DNA of 64,000 bases, from NCBI GenBank assembly GCA_913047695.1, contig CAJWUI010000004.1, positions 94,606 through 158,605 of the forward strand, read 5' to 3'. This document shows positions 37,476-46,960 of the stretch, in pieces. Every line of letters begins with the position of its first letter. The stretch's first letter is position 1. This DNA is from an uncultured Bacteroidota bacterium (GTDB lineage: Bacteria > Bacteroidota > Bacteroidia > Flavobacteriales > Flavobacteriaceae). A model generated the notes under the pieces. That model was not told the DNA's origin. It did no database searches and saw only the letters and a list, made by a program, of their open reading frames with translations. The position numbers and the translations under genes are program-made.

Positions 37476-38768
37476 ATGTTTTTAGTTTATACTCATAAAA
37501 TTACTCCTCGGATAACATATATTTTTAAACACATATTTGAAAATATGCTCTTGATCAATTTTGACTTAACTTCTAAAGTTGAAATTTTTGTTGCGCATTC
37601 TGGCCCCAAACTTAGTTATTCAAATAAACCTTTAGGTGATGAATTTTTTATAAAATCCCATTTCTTACTCTTTGAGCAGGGGATAACAACACAAAAGCTA
37701 AAACTTGATTTTTGGGATGAACTTCCAATCTTTTTTGCAACCGATGCGGAATGCGATTGCCCCTTTGACATATTTGCTGCAAGCTTTTTTCTTCTTTGTC
37801 GGTATGAAGAGTGTATGCCATATTTGAAAACAAATTTGGGGTACTTTGATCCATCTCAAAGTATTTCAATTAAATTTGATTTTTTAGAATTACCAATTAT
37901 TGATTTGTGGGTTTCGAAATTCAAAGAACAATTAGCTTCAAATTTCCATGAAATAGTCAAGAAAGACGATTTTAAACCATCTAAAAAAATTTTATTAGAG
38001 GTCCCTGTTGCATTTAGATATTCTAATCGTTCACTATTAGAAAATTTAGGGGATTTTTTTTCTGCAATATGGAAGTTAAATATTAAGCAATTAATCATAC
38101 ATATTTTAGTTTTAATTAAATTGAGAAATGATCCATTTGAAACTTATCACCAATGGAATGACTGGTTTAATAGAAGTTCAATAAAACCAATTGTATTTTT
38201 TCTTTTTTCTCACAGTTCTTCTTACCAAATATCAACTTCAATTTTTAATCTTAGATTCAGAAAAATCATTAAAAAAACGGGTGATTTTTTTTCTTTAGGT
38301 TTACTCACTTCAGTTAAAGCTCAAACGGACTCAAAAAAACAAATCATAAGAGAAAAAAATGATTTCCAAAAATTGACTAAAAGAACAATTTTTGATGTTC
38401 GGCTAAGTAATGGTATTATTGATTTGAGAAAAGATTATGAAATGCTATCTGAGAATGAATTTAAAAATGATTATAGCATGGGCTATTTGGATAGAATTGG
38501 TTTTCGCGCTGGAACTGCGACCCCATATTATTTTTATGATGTTTCAAGAGAATTTCAACTTTCAATAAAGTTAACTCCTATTTTCGCAACAGAACAATCA
38601 CTAAAACAGACAAATGATTCGTTTCCTTTTGAAAAGTTAATAAGAGTTTGTAAAAAGCTACCCTTATCCTCTTCAGTTCTCACTTTAGTTTTGTCTAATG
38701 GTTTTTTGGATCCTGATTTGAAAAATAATATCTTACAAAAAGGGTTTTTAGATTTTATTAGTGATTAG
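37476..38768 (+). CDS. Conserved hypothetical protein (430 aa), function unknown
   Basis: Long uninterrupted ORF. The N-terminal block MFLVYTHKITPRITYIFKHIF.. resembles a Bacteroidetes-conserved uncharacterised family as I recall it. No catalytic motif identified. Confidence 0.55.
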   Translation: MFLVYTHKITPRITYIFKHIFENMLLINFDLTSKVEIFVAHSGPKLSYSNKPLGDEFFIKSHFLLFEQGITTQKLKLDFWDELPIFFATDAECDCPFDIFAASFFLLCRYEECMPYLKTNLGYFDPSQSISIKFDFLELPIIDLWVSKFKEQLASNFHEIVKKDDFKPSKKILLEVPVAFRYSNRSLLENLGDFFSAIWKLNIKQLIIHILVLIKLRNDPFETYHQWNDWFNRSSIKPIVFFLFSHSSSYQISTSIFNLRFRKIIKKTGDFFSLGLLTSVKAQTDSKKQIIREKNDFQKLTKRTIFDVRLSNGIIDLRKDYEMLSENEFKNDYSMGYLDRIGFRAGTATPYYFYDVSREFQLSIKLTPIFATEQSLKQTNDSFPFEKLIRVCKKLPLSSSVLTLVLSNGFLDPDLKNNILQKGFLDFISD

Positions 38769-39456
38769 TATAAATCGAATTACAGATATTTTTTTTGATC
38801 TAGACCATACACTTTGGGATTTTGAAAGAAACTCTGCACTCACATTTGAATTGATTTTTAACAAATTAAATTACTCCATACAAATTGATGATTTTCTCGC
38901 TCATTACAATCCAATAAATCAAATTTACTGGAAGCTTTATAGAGAAAATAAAATAAGTCAAAAGGAATTGCGAATACAAAGGCTAGTCCAAACATTCAAT
39001 TCTTTAAATATCAGTATTAAAGTTAAAGATCTAAAGGATATATCGTATATGTATATCGAGAATCTCTCAAAGTTTCCTCACCTATTTGATGGTGCTACAG
39101 ATTTGTTAAAACATCTTAAGCGAAATTATAAATTACACATCATAACAAATGGTTTTAATAGAGTGCAAAGGTTTAAAATAAAAAATTCAGGATTAAAACC
39201 TTACTTCAATTTTGTTTTTACTGCAGAAGAAGTAGGTTACAAAAAACCACATCCCAAAATTTTTGAAATTGCTATGAAAATTTCTGGCTCTACGCCTTAC
39301 AGATCATTAATGATAGGCGATAATTTTGAGGCTGATATTCAGGGGGCTTTAAAATTAGGTATGCAGGCATTACATTTTAATTCACATAATGAGCCAGAAC
39401 ATAAAAGTTGTTCAATTGTATATTCTTTAAATGATATTCTAAAAATATTCAATTGA
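38761..39456 (+). CDS. HAD-superfamily hydrolase (YjjG-like nucleotidase subfamily), GTG start
   Basis: HAD motif I DLDHTLWD, motif II ..IITNG.., motif IV ..GDNFEADI... Confidence 0.8.
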   Translation: MISINRITDIFFDLDHTLWDFERNSALTFELIFNKLNYSIQIDDFLAHYNPINQIYWKLYRENKISQKELRIQRLVQTFNSLNISIKVKDLKDISYMYIENLSKFPHLFDGATDLLKHLKRNYKLHIITNGFNRVQRFKIKNSGLKPYFNFVFTAEEVGYKKPHPKIFEIAMKISGSTPYRSLMIGDNFEADIQGALKLGMQALHFNSHNEPEHKSCSIVYSLNDILKIFN

Positions 39457-39499
39457 AATACATTTTTTAGAATGCCAACTATAATGCTTATTTTTGATC

Positions 39500-39829
39500 A
39501 TGGACCTAAGTAGAGCACAAGAAGCAGTTGATAATTGGATTAAATCTCATGGAGTACGTTATTTTTCAGAGCTAACAAATATGGCACAACTAACAGAGGA
39601 AGTTGGAGAAGTCGCACGAATAATTTCTAGACGATATGGAGAACAGTCATACAAAGACTCAGATAAAGATAAAGATCTTGGTGAGGAATTAGCAGATGTA
39701 ATTTTTGTAACAATCTGTCTAGCTAACCAAACAGGTGTTGATCTTACTTCTGCTTTTAAAAATAAATTAAACAAGAATACTGCACGTGATCATAAGCGTC
39801 ACCTAAACAACTCTAAGTTAAAATCTTAA
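39500..39829 (+). CDS. MazG-like nucleotide pyrophosphohydrolase (small, single-domain)
   Basis: EExGE...E..D pattern: ..LTEEVGEVARII...LGEELADVIFV... The ORF opens at TTG 39494, but the ATG at 39500 is preferred. Confidence 0.75.
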   Translation: MDLSRAQEAVDNWIKSHGVRYFSELTNMAQLTEEVGEVARIISRRYGEQSYKDSDKDKDLGEELADVIFVTICLANQTGVDLTSAFKNKLNKNTARDHKRHLNNSKLKS

Positions 39830-39836
39830 ATCATTC

Positions 39837-41060
39837 ATGCATATTGACATTAAGCACAATACAAAAAAATTTAATCGCAAACTTAGAATAACGGGTTCAA
39901 AAAGTGAAACAAATAGATTGCTATTATTGCAAGGGCTAATCTCAGGATTTGAAATTAAAAATAAATCTAACTCTGAAGATAGCAAGTTAATGGAGGCTGC
40001 TCTTTCGTCAAAAGCTAAAGTTATTGATATTAATCACGCTGGGACTGCAATGCGTTTTTTAACTGCTTATTTTTCTCAAGTTGATGGGCGAGAAGTTTTG
40101 TTAACAGGTTCCAAAAGAATGCAAGAAAGACCCATCAAAATACTTGTTGATGCATTAAACTTTTTGGGAGCTAGTATTACATATGAAAAAAAAAAAGGTT
40201 ACCCACCTTTACATATCAAGGGGAAAAATTTAAAAGGTGGTTCTGTAAGCCTTCCAGCTAATATTAGTAGTCAATTTATATCAGCTTTATTAATGATTGG
40301 GCCATTTATTGAAAATGGAATTGAATTAAAACTAACTGGTAAAATCACTTCAAAATCATATATAAATATGACTTTATTATTATTAGAAAGATTTGGTGTT
40401 GAAACAATTTTTGATGGTCAGATAATAAAAGTCAAATACAAACATAATCCTATTAAAAACGATCAACTTGTTGAATCAGATTGGAGTTCAGCGTCATATA
40501 TTTTCAGCATAGTCGCACTTTCTGAGGAATCAGAAATTTCATTAAAAACTTTCAAATCAAAAAGTTTGCAAGGTGATTCTATAATTCGCAATATTTACAA
40601 AAAACTTGGAGTAACCTCAATTTTTAAAGGTAAAAATCTTATCTTAAAAAAAGAAAACATTAAACTTCCAAAGAAAATATTTTATGATTTATCAAATTCA
40701 CCTGATATTGCTCAAACAATCGCTGTCACATGTTATGGTTTGGGAGTAGAATGTGAATTAGTTGGTCTACATACCTTAAAAATTAAAGAAACAGATAGAC
40801 TTTTTGCTCTTCAAACAGAGTTAATAAAGTTAGGAGCAAACGTTTCGGTTACTGAAAATAGTCTATTTTTAAATTCTAATTCAAGTTTTATAAATAATTG
40901 TTCTGTTGCTACCTATGATGACCATAGAATGGCAATGGCTTTTGCTCCTTTATCAATTATTTCACCTTTATCCATTCAAGATCCATCTGTAGTTTCTAAG
41001 TCTTATCCTGACTTTTGGAATGATCTTATCCAACTCGGTTTTACTATTAAAAACAGATAA
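39837..41060 (+). CDS. aroA: 3-phosphoshikimate 1-carboxyvinyltransferase (EPSP synthase)
   Basis: ..ITGSKSETNRLLLLQ.., ..GTAMRFLTAY.. and ..DHRMAMAFAPL... Confidence 0.9.
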   Translation: MHIDIKHNTKKFNRKLRITGSKSETNRLLLLQGLISGFEIKNKSNSEDSKLMEAALSSKAKVIDINHAGTAMRFLTAYFSQVDGREVLLTGSKRMQERPIKILVDALNFLGASITYEKKKGYPPLHIKGKNLKGGSVSLPANISSQFISALLMIGPFIENGIELKLTGKITSKSYINMTLLLLERFGVETIFDGQIIKVKYKHNPIKNDQLVESDWSSASYIFSIVALSEESEISLKTFKSKSLQGDSIIRNIYKKLGVTSIFKGKNLILKKENIKLPKKIFYDLSNSPDIAQTIAVTCYGLGVECELVGLHTLKIKETDRLFALQTELIKLGANVSVTENSLFLNSNSSFINNCSVATYDDHRMAMAFAPLSIISPLSIQDPSVVSKSYPDFWNDLIQLGFTIKNR

Positions 41061-41096
41061 TTTGGATTTTACTTGACAACGTCTTAATCAAGTTGG

Positions 41097-41104
41097 TATA
41101 TTTG
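41097..41104 (+). promoter_or_regulatory. Putative -7 box (TAnnTTTG) for queA, with a TTG at 41073-41075 as a candidate -33 element
   Basis: TATATTTG is an exact consensus match and ends 16 nt before the queA ATG. The upstream TTGACA-like sequence lies 21 nt before the box. Confidence 0.35.
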
Positions 41105-41120
41105 CAATCAAAAAAAATTA

Positions 41121-42170
41121 ATGAAACTTTCTGATTTCCAATTTGATCTTCCTAAAACCCTACTAGCACAAAGGCCATCTCCGGACAGAGATGAGTCTAG
41201 ATTAATGGTTCTAAATAGAAAAGAGGAAAAAATTGAACACCATGTATTCAAGGATATCATCAACTATTTCGATGAAGGCGATGTAATGGTTTTAAACAAT
41301 ACAAAAGTTTTTCCTGCTCGCCTTTTTGGAAATAAAGAGAAAACAGGTGCAAGAATTGAAGTTTTTCTTCTTAGAGAATTAAATAAAGAGCAAAGGCTCT
41401 GGGACGTGTTGGTTGATCCTGCAAGAAAAATTAGAATTGGTAATAAGTTGTATTTTGGAGAAGATGATAGTTTAGTTGCCGAAGTGATTGACAATACAAC
41501 TTCCAGGGGGAGAACCCTTCGTTTTCTCTTTGATGGGAATTATGATCAATTTAGATTCAAATTAAAAGAGCTTGGACAAACTCCATTACCAAAATATATA
41601 AATAGACCCCTAGAAGATGAAGACCATGAACGTTATCAAACAATTTATGCAAAACATGAAGGTGCAGTTGCAGCACCAACAGCAGGGCTTCATTTTTCAA
41701 AACATTTGTTAAAACGTTTGGAGATAAAAGGTATTGATATCGCAGAATTAACTCTTCATGTTGGGCTAGGAACCTTTAGCCCAGTAGAAGTTGAAGATTT
41801 GTCCAAACATAAAATGGATTCCGAAGAGTTAATTATTGATAATATAGCAGTTGAAAAAGTTAATAGGGCTTGGGTAGACAGGAAAAAAATTTGCGCAGTT
41901 GGGACAACAGTTATGAGAGGGCTTGAAAGCTCTGTTTCTTCTTCTGGAATGTTAAATCAATTTAAGGGATGGACTCACAAGTTTATTTTTCCACCCTATG
42001 ATTTTTCCATAGCAAATTGTATGATTACAAATTTTCATACACCTAAATCTACACTTATGATGATGGTTTCTGCATTTGCTAGCACGGATTTTATTAAGCA
42101 TGCATATAAAACTGCCATAAAGGAGAAATACAATTTTTACTCATATGGAGATGCAATGTTGATAATTTAG
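41121..42170 (+). CDS. queA: S-adenosylmethionine:tRNA ribosyltransferase-isomerase
   Basis: ..[17 protein letters not shown]...SRLMVL.., ..AAPTAGLHF.., ..[15 protein letters not shown]... Confidence 0.95.
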   Translation: MKLSDFQFDLPKTLLAQRPSPDRDESRLMVLNRKEEKIEHHVFKDIINYFDEGDVMVLNNTKVFPARLFGNKEKTGARIEVFLLRELNKEQRLWDVLVDPARKIRIGNKLYFGEDDSLVAEVIDNTTSRGRTLRFLFDGNYDQFRFKLKELGQTPLPKYINRPLEDEDHERYQTIYAKHEGAVAAPTAGLHFSKHLLKRLEIKGIDIAELTLHVGLGTFSPVEVEDLSKHKMDSEELIIDNIAVEKVNRAWVDRKKICAVGTTVMRGLESSVSSSGMLNQFKGWTHKFIFPPYDFSIANCMITNFHTPKSTLMMMVSAFASTDFIKHAYKTAIKEKYNFYSYGDAMLII

Positions 42171-42206
42171 GCTTTAAAGATTGTAGTTTAGTTTTTACTG
42201 TAATAT

Positions 42207-43256
42207 GTGAAAAATTTCAAAAAAAACATCCGCACTCTTAGCAAAGAAGAGTTACAAGATTTTTTCCTATCAAATCGGATTTCCTCATTTAAAGGAACCC
42301 AAGTTTACAAATGGCTCTGGGAGAAAGGAGTAGTTAATTTTGACGAAATGACAAATCTTTCATTATCCCAAAGATCGTTGTTGAAAAGAAAATTCATAAT
42401 AAATCACGCTATAATTAATAATAAAAAATTAAGCAATGACGGGACTTCAAAATATTCTGTTAAACTTCATGACAGTTTAATAATTGAATCAGTACTAATT
42501 CCAACATCAAAAAGAGTAACAGCTTGCATTTCTTCCCAAGTAGGATGCAGCTTAGATTGTATTTTTTGTGCTACTTCAATTTTAAAACGTATGCGCAATT
42601 TGAATTCAGATGAAATTTATGATCAAATTTTATTAATGAATCATGAAAGTCTATTAAATTACAAAAGGCCAATATCTAATATTGTATTTATGGGAATGGG
42701 TGAACCACTGATGAATTACAATAATGTTTTAAAAGCAATCGAAAAATTAACCAGTAGGGAAGGACTGAAAATGTCTCCAAAAAGAATAACACTCTCCACT
42801 TCTGGTATCCCAAAAATTATAAGGAAGATGGCGGATGGGAATGTAAAATTCAAGCTTGCAGTTTCTCTGCATAGCGCTATTCAAAGTATTAGAGAAAAAA
42901 TCATGCCTTTTGCGAATAAATTTCCGTTAGAAGAATTGCTCGATGCACTTATTTATTGGTATGGTAAAACAAAAAGTATTGTAACTATAGAATATATTGT
43001 TTGGGAAGGAATAAACGATAAAAAAAGAGATATAGAGGCCTTAGTAGAGTTTTGCAAAAAAATTCCTTCCAAAGTAAATTTAATTCAATATAATCCTACA
43101 GATAACTTTTACAAAAGTGAGGCCAATCAAGAAGTCTTAAATGCTTACATTGAGACTCTAAATTTCTCTAAAATAAGAGTCACATATCGAAGATCTAGAG
43201 GTAATGATATTGATGCGGCATGCGGCCAGTTAGCAAATAAAATAATCTCAAACTGA
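42207..43256 (+). CDS. rlmN: 23S rRNA (adenine2503-C2)-methyltransferase, radical SAM (GTG start)
   Basis: Radical-SAM CxxxCxxC in ..VGCSLDCIFCAT.., ..FMGMGEPL.., C-terminal ..DIDAACGQL... Confidence 0.9.
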   Translation: MKNFKKNIRTLSKEELQDFFLSNRISSFKGTQVYKWLWEKGVVNFDEMTNLSLSQRSLLKRKFIINHAIINNKKLSNDGTSKYSVKLHDSLIIESVLIPTSKRVTACISSQVGCSLDCIFCATSILKRMRNLNSDEIYDQILLMNHESLLNYKRPISNIVFMGMGEPLMNYNNVLKAIEKLTSREGLKMSPKRITLSTSGIPKIIRKMADGNVKFKLAVSLHSAIQSIREKIMPFANKFPLEELLDALIYWYGKTKSIVTIEYIVWEGINDKKRDIEALVEFCKKIPSKVNLIQYNPTDNFYKSEANQEVLNAYIETLNFSKIRVTYRRSRGNDIDAACGQLANKIISN

Positions 43257-43304
43257 AAGTCTTTTTGTATTTTAAGATCTCTTAAAATAAATTTTAAATA
43301 TAAC

Positions 43305-44282
43305 ATGAAAGTTGTCGAAAAAATCAAAAGACCAATTTATGATGAAATGGAAGTCTTTGAAAAGAAATTCTCAGACTCAATGTCTTCAAAAGTAGCACTT
43401 CTGAATAGGATAACTCATTTTATTGTAAATCGCAAGGGTAAACAAATGCGGCCTATGTTTGTTTTTCTGGTATCCAAAATGTTTGGAAAAGGTAAGATAA
43501 ATGAGAGAACTTATCGTGGTGCAGCTGTTATAGAATTGATTCACACAGCTACATTAGTTCATGATGATGTTGTTGATGACAGTTATAAAAGAAGAGGTTT
43601 TTTTTCTATTAATGCATTGTGGAAAAATAAGATTGCTGTTTTAGTAGGCGACTATTTACTGTCAAAAGGATTGCTCTTGTCTATCGAAAATGAAGATTTT
43701 GACTTATTAAAAATAATATCTGTAGCTGTTAGGGAAATGAGCCAGGGAGAATTATTACAAATTGAAAAATCAAGATCATTAGATATTACTTTGGACACCT
43801 ATTTTGAAATTATAAGACAAAAAACAGCTATTTTGATAGCTTCGTGTTGTGCGATTGGTGCACAGGCAGTAAATTGTAATAAAGAAGAAGTTCAGAAAAT
43901 GCACAAATTTGGTGAACTAATAGGGATGTCATTTCAAATAAAGGATGATCTTTTTGATTATGGAAAACAGAAAATTGGAAAACCTGTTGGCATTGACATA
44001 AAAGAAAAAAAAATCACGCTTCCACTAATTCATGCCTTAAATAGATCTAGTAAGTCTGAAAGGCGACTTATTATCAATACAATAAAAAATGAAAATAAAA
44101 ACAAAAATAAAGTTAATGAGTTAATTAAGTTGGTTAAACAAAAAGGAGGTATAGAATATGCCGAAGAGAAAATGAATTTTTACCGTCAAACGGCTCTTAC
44201 AATCTTACATGAATTTCCAAAAAATGATTATCGTGATTCACTTGAACTTATGCTAAATTATGTAGTTGAGAGAAAAATATAA
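43305..44282 (+). CDS. ispB: Polyprenyl diphosphate synthase (octaprenyl/solanesyl-type)
   Basis: First DDxxD in ..LVHDDVVDDS.. and second in ..FQIKDDLFD... Confidence 0.85.
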   Translation: MKVVEKIKRPIYDEMEVFEKKFSDSMSSKVALLNRITHFIVNRKGKQMRPMFVFLVSKMFGKGKINERTYRGAAVIELIHTATLVHDDVVDDSYKRRGFFSINALWKNKIAVLVGDYLLSKGLLLSIENEDFDLLKIISVAVREMSQGELLQIEKSRSLDITLDTYFEIIRQKTAILIASCCAIGAQAVNCNKEEVQKMHKFGELIGMSFQIKDDLFDYGKQKIGKPVGIDIKEKKITLPLIHALNRSSKSERRLIINTIKNENKNKNKVNELIKLVKQKGGIEYAEEKMNFYRQTALTILHEFPKNDYRDSLELMLNYVVERKI

Positions 44283-44340
44283 CTTATTTTTTCTTCTCTA
44301 AATTACTTAATAAAATGATACATTTATAAAAAACACGAGT

Positions 44341-46308
44341 TTGATATCAAAAAAAACAATAGATGAAGTATTTCAAACAGCAAGGGTAGAAGATGTTGTA
44401 GCAGACTTTATTACATTGAAAAAAGCAGGTTCAAATTTTAAGGGACTTAGTCCTTTTTCAAATGAACGAACTCCAAGTTTCATGGTTTCACCAGTTAAAC
44501 AAATTTGGAAGGATTTTAGTAGTGGAAAGGGAGGAAATATTGTTGCATTTTTAATGGAACATGAACATTTCAGCTATCCAGAGGCAATAAAATACTTAGC
44601 AAATAAATACAACATTGAGATAGAGGAGACAGTTTCCAATGAAGAGGAGAAAGAAAAAAGAAATCATTTAGAAAGTCTTTACTTGTTAAATCAATTTGCC
44701 AATGAAAATTTTTCGAAAAATCTATGGGAATCTTCTGAAGGTAAGACAATTGGTTTAAGTTATTTTAAAGAAAGAGGCTTCGATGAAAAGACCATACGTC
44801 TTTTTGATTTAGGGTATGCACTTAAAAAATACAATAATCTATATAACGAATCATTGCGCTGTGGCTATGACAAAGAGTATCTTTTAAAGACTGGGTTAGT
44901 TATGGAAAATGAAAGAGGTTATATAGATCGCTTTAGGGGTAGAGTCATTTTTCCTATCAAGAGTATGTCAGGTAGAATTCTTGGATTTGGTGCAAGAACA
45001 CTAAATTCTATTCTCAATACAGCTAAGTATCTTAATTCTCCTGAAAGTGAAACCTATAGTAAAGGAGAAGTTCTGTACGGTTTATATGAGGCAAAAAAAG
45101 CGATAGTAAAAGAGGATTCATGTTATTTAGTTGAAGGATACACTGATGTCATTCAAATGCATCAAAAGGGTATTGAAAATACAGTTTCTTCGTCAGGAAC
45201 TGCTCTAACAACTCATCAAATCAGATTAATTAGAAGATTAACCCAAAACATAGTTGTTTTATTTGATGGTGATTCAGCAGGACAAAAGGCAGCAATCAGA
45301 GGAATAGATTTAATTTTACAAGAAGGCATGAATGTAAGAGTTTGTTTTTTTCCTAATGGAGAAGATCCTGACAGTTACTCCAGAGCTAATCAATCAGAAA
45401 AGATAAAAGCATATCTCTACGAGGAAGCTAAAGATTTTATTCAATTTAAAATTGATCTTTTAACAAAAGAATCCGCCGGAGATCCAATAAAAAAAGCTAA
45501 AACCATTCGAGATATTGTTTCAAGTATATCAAAAATACCTGATGTTATAAAACAAGAAATTTATATTCAAGAATGCTCGGTTAGAATGAAAGTCTCTGAA
45601 CAAGTTTTATCCAGTGCACTCGCTCAAGAAAAAAATAAAAAAGGGAAGCTGAAAAAAAATGAAATAGGAATTGTAAAGACTCAAGAAAACATTCATCTAA
45701 AGCAAAATTTGAATAAGTTAAATTTAAATAATCCGATTGTTAATCTTGAAAAACAGATAATAAGTATACTCATTCATTATGGGAGTGATGAAGCTTTTTT
45801 TGATGAAAGTTTAATTTTTTCTGATTCGGAAGGAAATTTAATCGAGGAATCTAAAACCATTCAATCAAAAGTTTACGAAAAGGTGTTTTTAGATTTACAA
45901 CAAGATGAGATAGAAATGGTTCAGCCTGAGTACCAGTCGCTATATGCACAGATAATTGATTCTTATCAACGAGAAGGTGAAATTAGACCGGAAAAAATAA
46001 TTCAACAAAAGGAAAATAAAATAGGCAATTTATTAACTGATATATTGTTATCAGATGAAGAACATCAGCTTCATAATTGGAAAAAGAAAAATATCTTTGT
46101 CAAAGATCGAAAAAGTGCTGTGGGTCAATTGGTAAGTGAAACTATTTTAACTTTTAGAAGATACCTTGTCGATCAAAAAATTCAAAATCTTGTCAAGATT
46201 GCTGAAAGTAAACCAAATAATTATAGCGAAACGGAGTTTTTAGAAGAAGTAATGCAGTATCAAAATTTAAAAAAATTACTTTCACTTAAGTTAAATAGGG
46301 TTATTTAA
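44341..46308 (+). CDS. dnaG: DNA primase (TTG start) with a cysteine-less zinc-binding-domain equivalent
   Basis: Primase N-terminus ..GLSPFSNERTPSFMVSP.., TOPRIM ..LVEGYTDVI.. and ..LFDGDSAGQKAA... Confidence 0.9.
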   Translation: MISKKTIDEVFQTARVEDVVADFITLKKAGSNFKGLSPFSNERTPSFMVSPVKQIWKDFSSGKGGNIVAFLMEHEHFSYPEAIKYLANKYNIEIEETVSNEEEKEKRNHLESLYLLNQFANENFSKNLWESSEGKTIGLSYFKERGFDEKTIRLFDLGYALKKYNNLYNESLRCGYDKEYLLKTGLVMENERGYIDRFRGRVIFPIKSMSGRILGFGARTLNSILNTAKYLNSPESETYSKGEVLYGLYEAKKAIVKEDSCYLVEGYTDVIQMHQKGIENTVSSSGTALTTHQIRLIRRLTQNIVVLFDGDSAGQKAAIRGIDLILQEGMNVRVCFFPNGEDPDSYSRANQSEKIKAYLYEEAKDFIQFKIDLLTKESAGDPIKKAKTIRDIVSSISKIPDVIKQEIYIQECSVRMKVSEQVLSSALAQEKNKKGKLKKNEIGIVKTQENIHLKQNLNKLNLNNPIVNLEKQIISILIHYGSDEAFFDESLIFSDSEGNLIEESKTIQSKVYEKVFLDLQQDEIEMVQPEYQSLYAQIIDSYQREGEIRPEKIIQQKENKIGNLLTDILLSDEEHQLHNWKKKNIFVKDRKSAVGQLVSETILTFRRYLVDQKIQNLVKIAESKPNNYSETEFLEEVMQYQNLKKLLSLKLNRVI

Positions 46309-46936
46309 ATTATTTGTTGATATAGCACTTGTTGATAAAGATCTATCTCATTATTTAAGCATAACTTTTTCATTAATCTGTTTTTATAGGTATTAGTTGT
46401 TTTTTTTAATTAAGCCCAAAGATTCTGCTTTTTGATTGTTTCGTTTTCCTGTCATAAGAAATCTAAGTACCTCGATTTCTCGTTTTGAAATATTTTTTTT
46501 AAACCTTTTTTTATGACGGGGATCAATATTTTTACTAATCTCAAGTTCAAAGTTAGTTGTTAAGTGGTACCCCTTTATGGTAGCACATTTAATAGCCTTA
46601 ATCAATATTTTCTTATCAACTTTTTTAAACAACTATCCTGAAGCACCAGCTTTGATTAAATCAATTTGATATTTTGATTGAGATTGTGAGGTAAAAATCA
46701 TAACCACAATTTTTGTGTATAGTCTTTTTAATTTTTGGATGGTTTTTTATTGTACTTCCATTTTGAAGTTTGATTTCCATTATTACCAGGTCTATAGAGT
46801 TTTCTTCTATTAAGGAAAAAAAGTCTTCGATATCCTCAAAGGCACCCACAACTCCAATTGAATTATTTTTTTTGAATTAGGCCTTTATGCCTCTCAAAAC
46901 TATTAGACGTGGATCAAGTATTAGAAGTTTTAGCAT
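46305..46936 (-). pseudogene. Degraded NarL/LuxR-family response regulator (receiver + LuxR HTH) carrying two in-frame stops and two frameshifts
   Basis: Manual reconstruction: MLKLLILDPRLIVLRGIKA* (TAA, plus strand 46877-46879) FKKNNSIGVVGAFEDIEDFFSLIEENSIDLVIMEIKLQNGSTIKNHPKIKKTIHK -frameshift- IVVMIFTSQSQSKYQIDLIKAGASG* (TAG, 46633-46635, at the expected Tyr of GYL) LFKK...ISKREIEVLRFLMTGKRNNQKAESLGLIKK -frameshift in T8/A8 run 46400-46407- TTNTYKNRLMKKLCLNNEIDLYQQVLYQQII*. Confidence 0.8.
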
Positions 46937-46960
46937 ACCGTTAAATTTTTACTCAATAGA

